Assembly (NCBI GenBank): GCA_964016885.1 | Contig: OZ024742.1 | Span: 263,500,001 to 263,564,000 of the forward strand | Reading direction: 5' to 3' | DNA: 64,000 bases | DNA from: Eledone cirrhosa | Taxonomy: Eukaryota | Shown: in pieces, positions 1 to 12,900 of the stretch | How the letters are laid out: the number at the start of each line of letters is the position of its first letter | Numbering within the stretch: the first letter of the stretch is position 1 | Notes under the pieces: model-generated | Databases searched by the model: none | Seen by the model: only the letters and a program-made list of their open reading frames with translations | What the model was told of the DNA's origin: nothing | Program-made: the position numbers and the translations under genes

Positions 1-324
1 TTCAGATTGGACACTCACTTAATCAATCATGTAAAGTAAATAGAGAGGCATCCAATTTCTTTGTGATTAGATATGTTGGTAGAGGAAAATGTAGCTGGAA
101 AATTATATACATACACACATACATACATTACAAACAAACACACACACACATATATATTCGAAGGGTTAGGAATTAAACTAGTAGCCATTAACAAACAAAA
201 GTCTCATGACGTATAAAGACGTCGTGAATAGATATTATTTATTAAAATGATTTTTAGCACTTGTCAAGTTCACTTGAACGAAACATTTGGCCATATGTGA
301 CGAATCCTTTTAATCAGCCCCCAC

Positions 325-360
<36 letters not shown>

Positions 361-364
361 TATG

Positions 365-747
<383 letters not shown>

Positions 748-753
748 AAAAAA

Positions 754-1098
754 GGAAAAGAATGACTTCACTTATAGTGTTAAAAAATGTTTGATTTAGT
801 TTTATAATATTATATTATGAGTTGGTAGATCCAGTAAGTTCTTTGTTAACTTCGGTGGGAATAATTTTAGAGATTCCTGGTTAACTTGGGTTGGAGAACT
901 TTCTCGCATTCGTCTGTCTGTGGCGATTGTCAAACTCAGACGAATGCGAGAAAGTTCTCCAACCCAAGTTAACCAGGAATCTCTAAAATTCTTCCCACCG
1001 AAGTTAACAAAGAACTTACTGGATCTACCAACTCATAATATAATATTATAAAACTAAATCAAACATTTTTAACACTACAAGTGAAGTAATTCTTTTCC
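754..1098. mobile_element. Fold-back element, ~163-bp arms, 20-nt loop, flanked by (TA)n
   Basis: 754-916 versus 937-1098 are inverted with a few mismatches; no intact hammerhead core found. Confidence 0.85.
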
Positions 1099-1233
1099 AT
1101 TTTTTAAAATATACCTAACTGTACCAAGGATCTCACACATTTTCTAATATATATATATATATAAACAATTAAGTTAAACGAAACGAAATTTAATTTCGTT
1201 TCGTTATTTGTTTTTATATATATATATATATAC

Positions 1234-1910
1234 CAACGATGGTTACTAAACACTGTACGGCTTAATTAGGGCTGTTTGTTTGTTTACAAACAAACCGAGC
1301 ATTATAATAAATGTTCGGTAAACCCATACGTACATATATATATGTGTGCGTGTATGTATATATACACATACTACTGTACGTCTGTATACATATATGTATG
1401 TACGTATACATACTTATATTTAAGTAACAGCTTAAGAGTGGGAAAGGAAATTTCGTTTCATTTTTTCCATTTATCGTTTTCGGTGCGCCCGGCCGACTAA
1501 CTCACTCGATATGCAAATTAGGCTGCTCAGCCGTTAATATGCACAAGGAAATTATATACTTTCAGACGTTCAATCATCTGGCAGGAAGGTATACGATGCT
1601 GACGATAACTAATAAGCTTGGAACTAGTACATCGTTCCTTTGTCAGTGTTGAACAAAAGGGCAACGATGGTTGCTAAACACTCTACGGCTTAATTCGGGC
1701 TGTTTGTTTCTTTACAAACAAACCGAGCATTATAATAAATGTTCGGTAAACCCATACGTACATATATATATATGTGTGCATGTATGTATATATATATACA
1801 TACTACTGTACGTCTGTATACATATATGTATGTACGTATACATACTTATATTTATGTAACAGCCGTACTAAGAGTGGGAAATGAAATTTCGTTTCATTTT
1901 TTCCATTTAT
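1234..1910 (+). mobile_element. Partial tandem (period ~428 bp) retrozyme/PLE-like element, family A, with octamer and hammerhead
   Basis: 1234-1473 is repeated at 1662-1910. The intervening part has ATGCAAAT at 1511-1518 and a hammerhead motif at 1593-1635 (ACGATG-CTGACGA-..-GGAA[GAAA mutated]-CTAG-TA-CATCGT). TA tracts at both ends. Confidence 0.75.
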
Positions 1911-2348
1911 ATATATATAACTAGTTGTTAGTTATACATATGTATATATAAACCTTCTGGTGAATGGGGTGTTGGATTAACGGTCGTAATGTCATATGTT
2001 AGATTCTTGGACTAGGTTGCGCGTTGTGTTCTTGAACAAAACATTTCGTTTTACGTTGCTCCAGTTCATTCAGCTGAAAGTGAGTAGCAGTGGTAGTTAG
2101 GAGGTGAACCCTGCAATGAACTGGCGTCCTATATAATGGCCAGCCTTGTGCTCTTAGTCATTTATCGCAAATAAAATCTGGATAAGCACCGTCATTGTGA
2201 GCCTCCAGGATTTGGACAGACTGTACACAAACTTTAGGGCGGTTTGTGATTCGTATTAGCGACCTGATACAGTTTCTTCTGATTAAAAAAGAGACCTTTT
2301 CTCCCACTTAAGTCACAGACATGCATACTATTACTGCTACTGCTGCTG

Positions 2349-2408
<60 letters not shown>

Positions 2409-3128
2409 TTGTAGTGCAACGCGTGAGAGTGGCGGATGCTGGGATATGAGAATGGGAAAAGGATGCCTGAGGTGTGTGTGTTTGTGTGTGTATTGTGTGT
2501 ATTGGTGCATGTATATGCGCATGCGCATGTACATGTGCGTGTACATGTGCGTGTGTACATGTTTGTGTACATGTGCATGTATGTGTGCATTTGTGCTTGT
2601 GTATTTCAGTGCATTTATGTGTGTGTATGCACGTGTGAGTGAGTGCATCTATGTGCGTGTGAACATGCATGTGTGTGTAAAAATGTGTGTGTGAGTACAT
2701 GTATGTGCACGAGCGTGTTTGTGTGTACGTGTATGTGCTGTGCCTATATGTTCATGTGTGTGTTCATATATGTACGTGTGTGCAAGTGTGTGTATATGTG
2801 CATATGTATAAGTGGGCATGTATCTGTGTATATGTGTGTGTATGTATCTGTGCATACGTGTGTGTGTATGCGTGTGTATGTATACTAGAACAATCGTGCC
2901 GAGAGGGTGTAGAAATCGTGTAAAGAAAGCTGTGTATAATTAAATAAATTGAGAATTTACCTATTGGCCTTCTGTTAGATCTGGTGAGAAATCCTGAGGA
3001 GATGATTTTATCTTTGTATACACATACACATATATATACACATACATACAGATATGTATATGTATGTATATATATAAATGTATATATATATATATCTGTG
3101 TACATCCACATGCATATAAATATGTATA

Positions 3129-3240
<112 letters not shown>

Positions 3241-3290
3241 TATATATTGCTATACTTTGGGAGGGTCTTGCTGCGAATATATATATAGGA

Positions 3291-3321
<31 letters not shown>

Positions 3322-3994
3322 TGTATGTATGTATGTATGTATGTATGTATGTATGTATGTATGTATGTATGTGTATGTGTGTATGTATGTATGAATGTGT
3401 GTGTTTGTGTGTGTGTGTGTGTGTGCGTTTGTTTTTCTAAATGTGTATTAAAAACGCGAGAAAGAAAGATAGGGAGAGAGAATATAAAAAAAGAGAGGTT
3501 ATTTAGTATGGAAGAATTACGGAAATAAATAGCACATGACATGTAGTAGACCAATGAAGATTCCTTCCTAGAATGCTCTGCGAAAGCTCTATTGAATTTA
3601 GCTCGATTGTTACCATAGTGACAAAGTTTGAACTGGTGACTGTGCACTAGGACGACTATAGTATATTTCATCAAATGAAAGTTGTAAATGTTATTATGAT
3701 ATTGATTTTGGATCGATTTGCCTCATACTGTTTTTATATACCCTATCAATCTGTAAGTATCTTTTCTTGAATCTATCTATCTATTTTATATACTTTCTCT
3801 CTCAATCTCTTTATATGTCTACAAGTATATTCCTGCGATTTCCTCATTTTCTAAACGCCAATCTGAATCTTTGATGGTCAATGTTTGTGTATGAGTGCGG
3901 ACGTAAATATGCAGTTATATGTATATGGTAAGTGTATATGTATAAATGTATGTATCTACGCAGTTCCATAAAATCACGAGAAACAAATACTCAC

Positions 3995-6900
3995 AATCTT
4001 TGCCGATGGTTCCCTGCCCTCATCTTTCACGCTAGAATTTCTATTAAGCATGCACTTCTCATCATGGGGTTTATTCTTTTCTTCAACATTGTTTATCGGC
4101 ACCATCTTTGTTTCCTTTTCGCTATTTTGAAACGATTCCCCATCAATACGTTTAGATGCCTGTGACAATACTTCGGGATGTGTGATAATCGTATCAACAA
4201 TATTTTCTTCATTTTTACTATTCTGGGTTTCTATAGACTCGATATTTTGTTCTGTTTCTTGTATCTTATTCAATGTATCACTTTCTTTATTGGAATTTTG
4301 AACTATAGCTTTTTTCTTCTGTTTTTGTTCGCTGTTATCTTTTTGAGTCAAAACCTTTATGAAACTTTGCATTTCTTCATCTTCAGGACTCTGGATATTT
4401 GAGAATAGCCAAGGTTTCAGCTGCTCCTTCATGCCGAGATTTCTTGTCTTCTTTGGTTTATCTAAAACTGGCTCGACTTTCGGTTTTTCAGAATTCAAAG
4501 AAGAGCCGTTCGCGGAAGTTCTTAAATCTCTTCGTCTCGGATCCTTTCGAACGGTCTTCTCAGGCGTTTGGTCCTTTTTACTATCTTCAGCCTTTCTGAT
4601 AGTTTCGTCGGCTTTCAAATCAATTATGGATTTCTGTTTATACTCAGATTTGCTGTCTTGCTCAACTTTTCTCTGGTCCGCTATGTTCTGTTGGAACGGT
4701 AACCTTCCATACTCTTCAACCTCCTTCTTTTTAACAGAATTGTTATTGATATTTTCTTTCGAAGAATCCAAATGTTTGGTGGTATGAGAGAACTTCTCTT
4801 CTGTTGGCTCCTGTTGTTTTGGAATTACACTGGTGTTTTCTTTTGAAGGTTCCAGAACTTTAGGGGTTTCCCTGTTCTTTTCTTTATTTGTTTCTGGAAT
4901 GTTGGAGGTTTCTTTGATGTTTTCCTTGGTTGTTTGCGAAAGTTTCGTGTTTTCACTAATATTTTCTGTTGTTTCCGAAAGTTTGAAGGTTTCTCTGATC
5001 GGTTCTTTCGAAGGTGCCGGTATTTTGGAGGATTCGCAAATATTTTCTTCTGTTGGTTCTGGAATTTTGGATTTCTCACAAATCTGATCTTGAGATGTTT
5101 TACGAAGTTTGAAGCTATCCAAATTCTTTTCAATACTCGGTTCCGTAAGCGCGACAGTATCGCTAACTTTCCTTGGTTCCGTAAGTGCGACAGTATCGCT
5201 AACTTTCCTTGGTTCCGGAAGTGCGACAGTATCGCTAACTTTCCTTGGTTCCGGAAGTGCGACAGTATCGCTAACTTTACTCGGTTCTGGAAGTGTGACT
5301 TTCGTTGGTTCCTGATATTTGGATACCGCACATATTTTTTCTGTCGCTGGTTCTGATGTGTCTGATGACTTTTTCCGAGGTTTGGTCTCTTTTTGCCTTG
5401 ACTTGCGACTCCTGCCTTTATCTAGAAGAAGCAGACTACCCCATTTCTCCATCACCGTCTCAACATTATCATCTTTATATTCTTCTTTACTTTTGGCACA
5501 TGGTTTTGGAAGCAAACATTTATCAGGTTTTATATCGATTGATTTATTTTCCTCATAAATGGATCCCTCAACCTCAATTTCGATGTTTAATGACGGTTCT
5601 TTTTTACATTCTTCAACGAGAGTATTCGGTGGTGGAGTGACAACATCATTACTGGTGGTTTCCAAATTACATGCTTGAGACTCCTCTTCTATATCAACAG
5701 TTTCTGGCAAGTTCTGTTCTTCATCTAGTTCCCTTATAGGTGATAGGCCTGTCATCAGAATTCTACGAATTTCCATTTCTACTTGTTTCCTCGACCTTTT
5801 TGTATTTTCTAAATTGTTGGTTGTCTCTCTGGCATTTGTAAAGTCATTATTGAACTCTTCTTGGTCAGGAGGTATAGAAAACGTGTCTATCTCTTTCTGG
5901 TACCACGAAGATGTCTCTTGTGTATCTCTATTGATGTCATGGGATATAGTGCTAGCTTCAAACTTTTCCACTGTGTCAACAGAAGACATACTGTCCACTT
6001 TATGGTATTCTCCTGGATAGATGTGTGTTAAAGAATCATTATAACTTATAGTAGACATGTCAGAATCCTTGTCTTTCTGAGATATATTTTTAATGTCACT
6101 AAATTTTGTGTCCGTCTTTTCACAGGTGCGTGTCACACCTACATCATCATTTATTCGGTTGTAGTGTGTGCCCCTTTCAGGAGTTACCGGTGGAATGTCC
6201 TCGTATGGAGACTTACCGATCAAGCTGTCTGTTGGGACCCTATCACAAACATCCTTGTCTTTCTGTGTTCGCCATACTTCAAGCTCTTCTTCTTGACGAA
6301 GCCTCATATTACGGAATTGTTGTAACATTTTCCTAGTACGGGCAATAAGCCTATCTACATCATCTTCATCGTCATCACATTCGCCAGTATTACTACTTGA
6401 CTCTATACTGGTATCTTCGTTTCTTTCTTCACTAGTGGATTTCTCTGACATATCCATGGTGTCAGAATCAAATCTGTCACTTTTAGAATACTGACAGGAC
6501 AATTCTGTTGAATCTGACTTTACCATATCATCATTAGTATCCTTAACTGACGACATGGACTTGTAGTCACTAATATCCCCCTTGAAAGCATCCGGACTTG
6601 GTTCTGTCGATATGCTATCTATATGGGAAATTGTGCCATTAGATATTTCATACTCATTTTGTGTTTCTAAATTTATCCCACCACTAATGTCAGATGACGA
6701 ATGTTCGATGATAATAGCATTTGGTTCTTCTTCAGTTTTATCTATAAAGGTTTCTTTACATACACTTTCGGACGACACAGTCCCACAGTCATTAATTTCA
6801 TTATAATACATAGAGTGCCACAAATTAGTCTCTGCATCCTCAATCAGAACTTCGGTCTCAGTAGCACTGACACTTGAAACGTAATTCTCTTCAGAAACAT

Positions 6901-9900
6901 TGTCTACTTCGTCAAATTTATAATCCAAAGTATATTCAATGCTTGCTTCAGAAGTATCCAACAAAATCTCATCCTGTGTTCCGTACTCGTCTGCATCGAC
7001 TGACAATTCTGATTGTTTATCATCGATGTAAAACACAACATTTACATCGTTATCGTTTTCTTCCTCTACAGCATTGTCTAATTCCGTAGATATAGTGAAG
7101 AAAAATTCTCCCGATTGCACAGATTCGCCTTGAATATCAATATAATTAGATTCTTCTGGTCCATCTTTATTATCAATGTAATTTGATTGCGTGGATTCAT
7201 TTTTAATATCGATATCATTTGAGACACTCTCAATATCTTCGTTTGCATCCAGGAAAACATCGATATCATCAGTCTCCTTATTCTCATCTGAATGGGAAAC
7301 AGGCAGATGAACAGCAACATCGTTGTGAAGATCTTCCTGAGGAGATACATGAGTGATAGTTTCGTAAGGATCTTTAAATATCACATTTGAGCTCTCTTTA
7401 TCATGGGTCTCTTTATCAACTGATGCAGATAGACTTAAAGAACTAGTTATATCAGTAGAATTTGGAAGATCTTTAATTAGTCCTGAGGCTTCAGCAGAGT
7501 TTGCCATATTAGAAAATTTATCATGCAGCACTTCATTTTCGGATACGAAAACCTCGATATTGGGAGATGTTTTTAAATCAATATCTTCGTTCATTGTAGA
7601 TGATTGTTTGTTTTTCAGGACTGCACTTTCTAATTCAACATTATCAAGAGTCGGCAAGGTTAGTGGAGCATCTGGTTTATTCTCTACTTTCCTCTTTGTT
7701 ACATCAGTCAAAATCTCTTTCGTCTTTAGGGAACTTATAACTGTAGATATAACGTCGTCACTAAGTTTACGTTCTTGTAATGTTTGCTTAATGTTATGAA
7801 TGATATCCTGCAAAACAGCTGCGTTATCGGTGGGTGGCTGAGTGTCAATATCTGAGACGAATTTGTTAGTTTCATCTTTTGATGATACCTTTTGACCGTT
7901 ATCAATCTTTTCAACCGTATCTAAATGCGTCTCCTCATCAGTTTTCTGGTCATCTGTTAACACCTGGTGCCCCCTCGGTGTATCCGAGAACGCTGCATCA
8001 GAACCCAGTGAATCTGACGTTTCAACAGCGTTATTAATATCTGGACATGGCTTAAACTCTGTCCTTGTAAGATCATCTGGGGCCTGGTTAGAAGACTTGT
8101 GTGTTGCCACATCCATGTTCAATTCCAAAGGCACGTCATTGCTTTCCTGCAAATTAGTTTCTCTCAAGGAAATTTGGTCATTAGCATGGAGATCAGAATT
8201 TCTTACAATGGACAGATTGTCCTCAGCAATTCCCGGTAAAGGCTTACCAAGCAATACTGTGCTCTCTTCAGTTTTTTGTTCAGTGCCAATTTCTGCATAT
8301 TGTGCTTTGTTATTTCGAATATCTTCAATGACACTAGTCTGTTCAAATGACATGTCATCTAATGTGGCGGACATAGCTTCTTTAGCAGTTAACTTTTCAA
8401 TGGCCTTCTTGTTATTTAAATCATTGTTCAAACCGGTTCTTTCCGTTGATAGAGTTTTTGCCGATGGAGTCTCGGTGTAGTTAAGTGTGTCGTCTATATT
8501 TCGGCCACTAGCAAAGTTTATGATATTTTCCTCACTTCCACCATCTGACTCCAAATGATGAACAAAACCTTTGTCTTTTTCGGAAGCTTTATCGACGGAT
8601 TTCTCAGACGAAAGAGATTTGCTCGATTTGTCACCCGAATGCGCTACGATTTCATCACTGTCAACATCATCCTCGTCATCTTCGACTTCATCATCTTCAG
8701 CATTATCTTCCTCTTCATCAGCATCCATAAATTGATCAAAGATGAATGCTTTATCGAGAGAAGCTTTAGGAGAGTCTTCATCCGTTTCTTCACTATCAGT
8801 GCCGACAATGTTTTCTGGCAAACCAATATTCCAGCCGTCAATTTTGATTGGCTTGACTTCATTATTGATTTCTGGGAGTTTAGTTTCAGCATCCTTATTA
8901 TCATTTACCTGAGCTACCCTAGTGTTCTGAACATTATCGTTAACAACATGTTTCTCATTATCATTTACCTGGACAAACTCAGTGTTCTGATCAACATCGC
9001 TAGCAACATTATCATTTACCTGGGTTAACTTCTGAACATCATCGTTAGCAACATGTTTTTTAGACGAATTTACATCATCTAATGGCTCTTTTTCTTTTGT
9101 CGATACATTCTCTTTTTTAGCGATCATTGGTTGCTGTGGTACGTCTTTGTTGATGATGGAATTTTGATCTTCACATTCATCAGTCTCTTTAGAGAGTACT
9201 GGAACTGAATGTGAATTAGATTCACTGTGGTCTTCTTCAACCTGGCTGGATTTTAAATTTTTATCGCAAGATTCTTCTGAGATAACATCGATGCTATTCA
9301 CTTCTAGTTTATTGTTACTTTCAGGTAACTTCTCGCAATCATCTAGCTCGACATGATCCCTAATAGACTCAATTGATTTTACTCCAGTGGTTTCCACCGA
9401 AGTCTCAGTATCTGATGTTTCGGCGTTATCACCATCTTCTACATCATCATATTGACCTGATTCTGTTGGTTTCAAATCTTCTGGTTTTTCAAGGACTGAA
9501 CCATCTACAGAGGTTTGCTCCCTAATTAGTTTTGAGGAACTTTCGCAAGTCTTTGAAAGCTCTTCTAAATTGTTGTCAGATTTCTCTAAACTAACACAAT
9601 GATTACATTCGGCTTTTACATCTTGTTTAGAAACATCAGTTGCATTTTCCGGAGTATCTAGGATTTCTTGTTTCTCGTTTAAGAATTCTTTCGAATCAAT
9701 CTCTTTTTTTCGATCGACTTCAGATGAAACAATCTTTAGTTCTTTAACATTGTCGTCTGATCCAGTTATCTCTTCTGAATATTTTACATCAATGTTATCC
9801 TTTTCGATAGTCGCGTGTTTGTCACCAGTCTCAGAGATTTCTGTCTTTTCTATATCGATAGCCTTTTCATCACATGTGTCGATTATTTTCGGCTCACACT

Positions 9901-12900
9901 TTTCGCTTACTTCTTCCTTGCATTTATCGCTTACTTTCTCATCAGTTTTACCAATTTCAACAGTTTCTTCTAATTGGGCTACCTCAACTTCAGCATTTTT
10001 AGTTTTGTTATTTTCGTCTTCTGTAATTATCGAAGAAGTTTCAGAAACATTTTTATCTTTGGTTTCAACACCAACACTTTCAATGATAGATTTGGATTCA
10101 TCTTTAGATGCTTTGTTGTCCTTCTTCTCAACCGGTGGACTCTTTTTCACGCTATCCTTGGCTGGCAACAAACCATATCTCCGTTTCATAGAATCGAAGT
10201 CAATTCCAGGAGCATTGGCGGCGCCAAATTTCTTCTGAAAATTCCCTAAATTGCCAAGTTTTTTCGGCGCCGGTTTACTAGTAAGACTGCTTCTCCTTTT
10301 AGTATCGACCTTCACCTCCTCTTGCAAAAAAGTCCCACTTAGTCTCCGTTTCATGGCGTCAACAGCACTCTCTTTCGGCTTCTTCCGCTCCTCTTCCAGC
10401 ATGTCCGATATTCTCTTTAGCCGCTCTTTAGTCTTTTCCTCGGCAGTTAATTCTTCTTTAACTTCTGGTTTCTTCTCTTCCACCACTGGAACCTCCTTCG
10501 TTTCTATAGGAGCTATAGTGAACGCATAGGAATTCTCCCCTTCCGCATCAGCCGCTTCGCTGATTGTAAAGGAATTCTGTTCTTCCCCATCAGCTACTTC
10601 GCTGATTGTAAAAGTAAAATTGTTGGAGTTCTCACTACTTTCTTCCACTATATTGTCATCATTATTTGTTGTTTTAATGTCCCCATCTGTAGTTGTTTTA
10701 AGAATTGTCTCTGAACTATCCGTTTCTGCAGACACGGTTTCACCCTCGGTAATATCACTACTGATGACAAATGTAAAACTTTCTGAATCATCACATTCTT
10801 CGTTATCAATACTTGTAGAGATAACGAATGAACAAGATACCTCCTCATTTTCTTGCACATCTTCCGTGCTCACTTCAGTCACACTACTGATATTTGCTAC
10901 AGTGGTTTTTGGCAAAGGCACTGGAGGTTTCTGGGTTTTCTTTAAATTGATTTCGGTACCCATCTCTGAAGATAGTTTGCTCATTCGTGTCTTCAGATCC
11001 ATTTCTTCTTCATCATCTTCCGATTGTAATTTCGTCTTGTTTTTTGTTGTTTTAGGTGGTGGAATTGGTGCTGATTTCTTTAGAGTTACCTGGGTACCCA
11101 TCTCGTTAGACAATTTGTTTAAGCGGCTTTTTAAATCCATTGGTTGTTCATCGGAATCGTCTGAATTGTCACTAACACACTGAACCACGTTAATAGTTAC
11201 AGAGTTGTTGTCGCCTTCATTCGAATTATTTTCCATCGTATGAATAGAATTATCCCCTTTTGTCACCTTCGGTTCTGGAGCTGGAGTGCTTTTCTTTAAA
11301 TTGATTTCAACTCCCATTTCTGCCGACAGCATACTCATTCTTCTTTTTAGATCCATTGGTGCTTCATCAGGTTCTTCAGTGAGAGAAGTTTTTGATTCAA
11401 TTACGTCATTCTTATTTTCTTGTTTCATTTCTACACTTTCACTTAAACCCTTCTCTACATTATGATGGTCGTCTACAACAACCGGTGCTTCAGGTGCTTC
11501 ACCTGTCATATCAAATTCTTCATCTTTTGTCGCAGTTTTCGGTGGTGGAATTGGAGGTGGGGTAGTTTTCTTTTTCTTAAAATTAAGTTTGAAACCCATT
11601 TCTGCTGGCAACATGCTCAATCTACTTTTGATATCTTTTATTTCTTCAGAATCATTATTTTCACTTTCAGAATTAGTTTGTTCTGTTAAACTTTCTGCAT
11701 CACTAACTTTGGACTTTGGAGGCAACTTTGGTGGTTTCTTTTTAAAATTTAGTTTTGCACCCATTTCTGGTGGCAACATGTTAAGCCTGCTTGAAAGATC
11801 TATGAACGGTTCTGGTTCGGGTTCGTCAGTTTCAAATGATTCTTTTGCTGTTTTAGCCGTTTTACTGCCAGTCCTTGGTAAAGGTACTGGTGGCTTAATC
11901 TTATTTTCCACTGAGCTTTGTTTATTTTCCGTAGTATCATTCATTGATTCAGTGTCTATTGAATCCGTTATATCTTCAGATAATTCTTCTGGTTCCTTGT
12001 TAGAATCCCTTCGCTCTGACTTTAAGCTTCTGGGTAAAGGAACCGGTGGTTTTCTTTTAATCTCATATTCAAGATTGTTTTCAGATGATACAGATGTTAC
12101 GTCAGATTCTGTGTCAAGATCAGAGATCACCACTTCAAGTTTTATATCTTCCTCATTTTCATGACAATTTGATTCTGGTGACGACAAACCCTCATCTATA
12201 ACAACCGTCACTGTATTTTCAATGCAACTATCTTCTAAATTATCAGTCTCAGAAATAACCGATGACGCTTTGACCTCCGCTTCCTCCTCACTAATGGTAA
12301 TAAATTCTGCTGAATCTTCAATTTTACTTTTGAGATCTAAGGACATTTCTTCACTGGATGTACTTTTGCAATCTTCCTCTTTGTATACCTTTTCGTCGTC
12401 ATCTACAATATTTCTGTCATCTGATTGAACTTCTTGATCAGAAAATGAAAATGTTTCTTCTAAATCCTCATCAAGAATAATGTTTGAGGAACTTTCGGTG
12501 GAATCCAATTCCTTAGATGTCGATTCACTGTCACTTATATCACTGTTTGATTCCTTTTCAGACTTAGAAGCTTCTGAACTACTTCCACGATCTGTCGATT
12601 CCCCTCTTGTGACCTTGTCTTCATCTTCAGGCAGTTGTGACATTTCATCAGCAATTATATCTTTCACTTCATCAACTAAAGTCTGCTGCTTTAGTTCACC
12701 AAATTCCTCTTTGGAAGATACTACATATTCTTTCTTATCTTCCAATGTTGAATGCTGACTGTCTTCTTCCAAATATGTATAATTTTTAACGTTTTCGTTG
12801 TTCTTGTCAACACGTTCAACCTTCGAGACTTTAGAATTATTATTTTCTGATAAAATATCTGTTGTTTCTAGTTCATTGGTGCCTCCCGCCACCTCTGTAG

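Noticed and set aside
1174-1205. Small palindrome aacgaaacgaaatt-t-aatttcgtttcgtt between TA runs
   Set aside because: Too short to assign; possibly a minimal fold-back remnant.
2961-2993. Possible next exon of the giant gene
   Set aside because: Weak acceptor, and it ends in a stop in the required phase.
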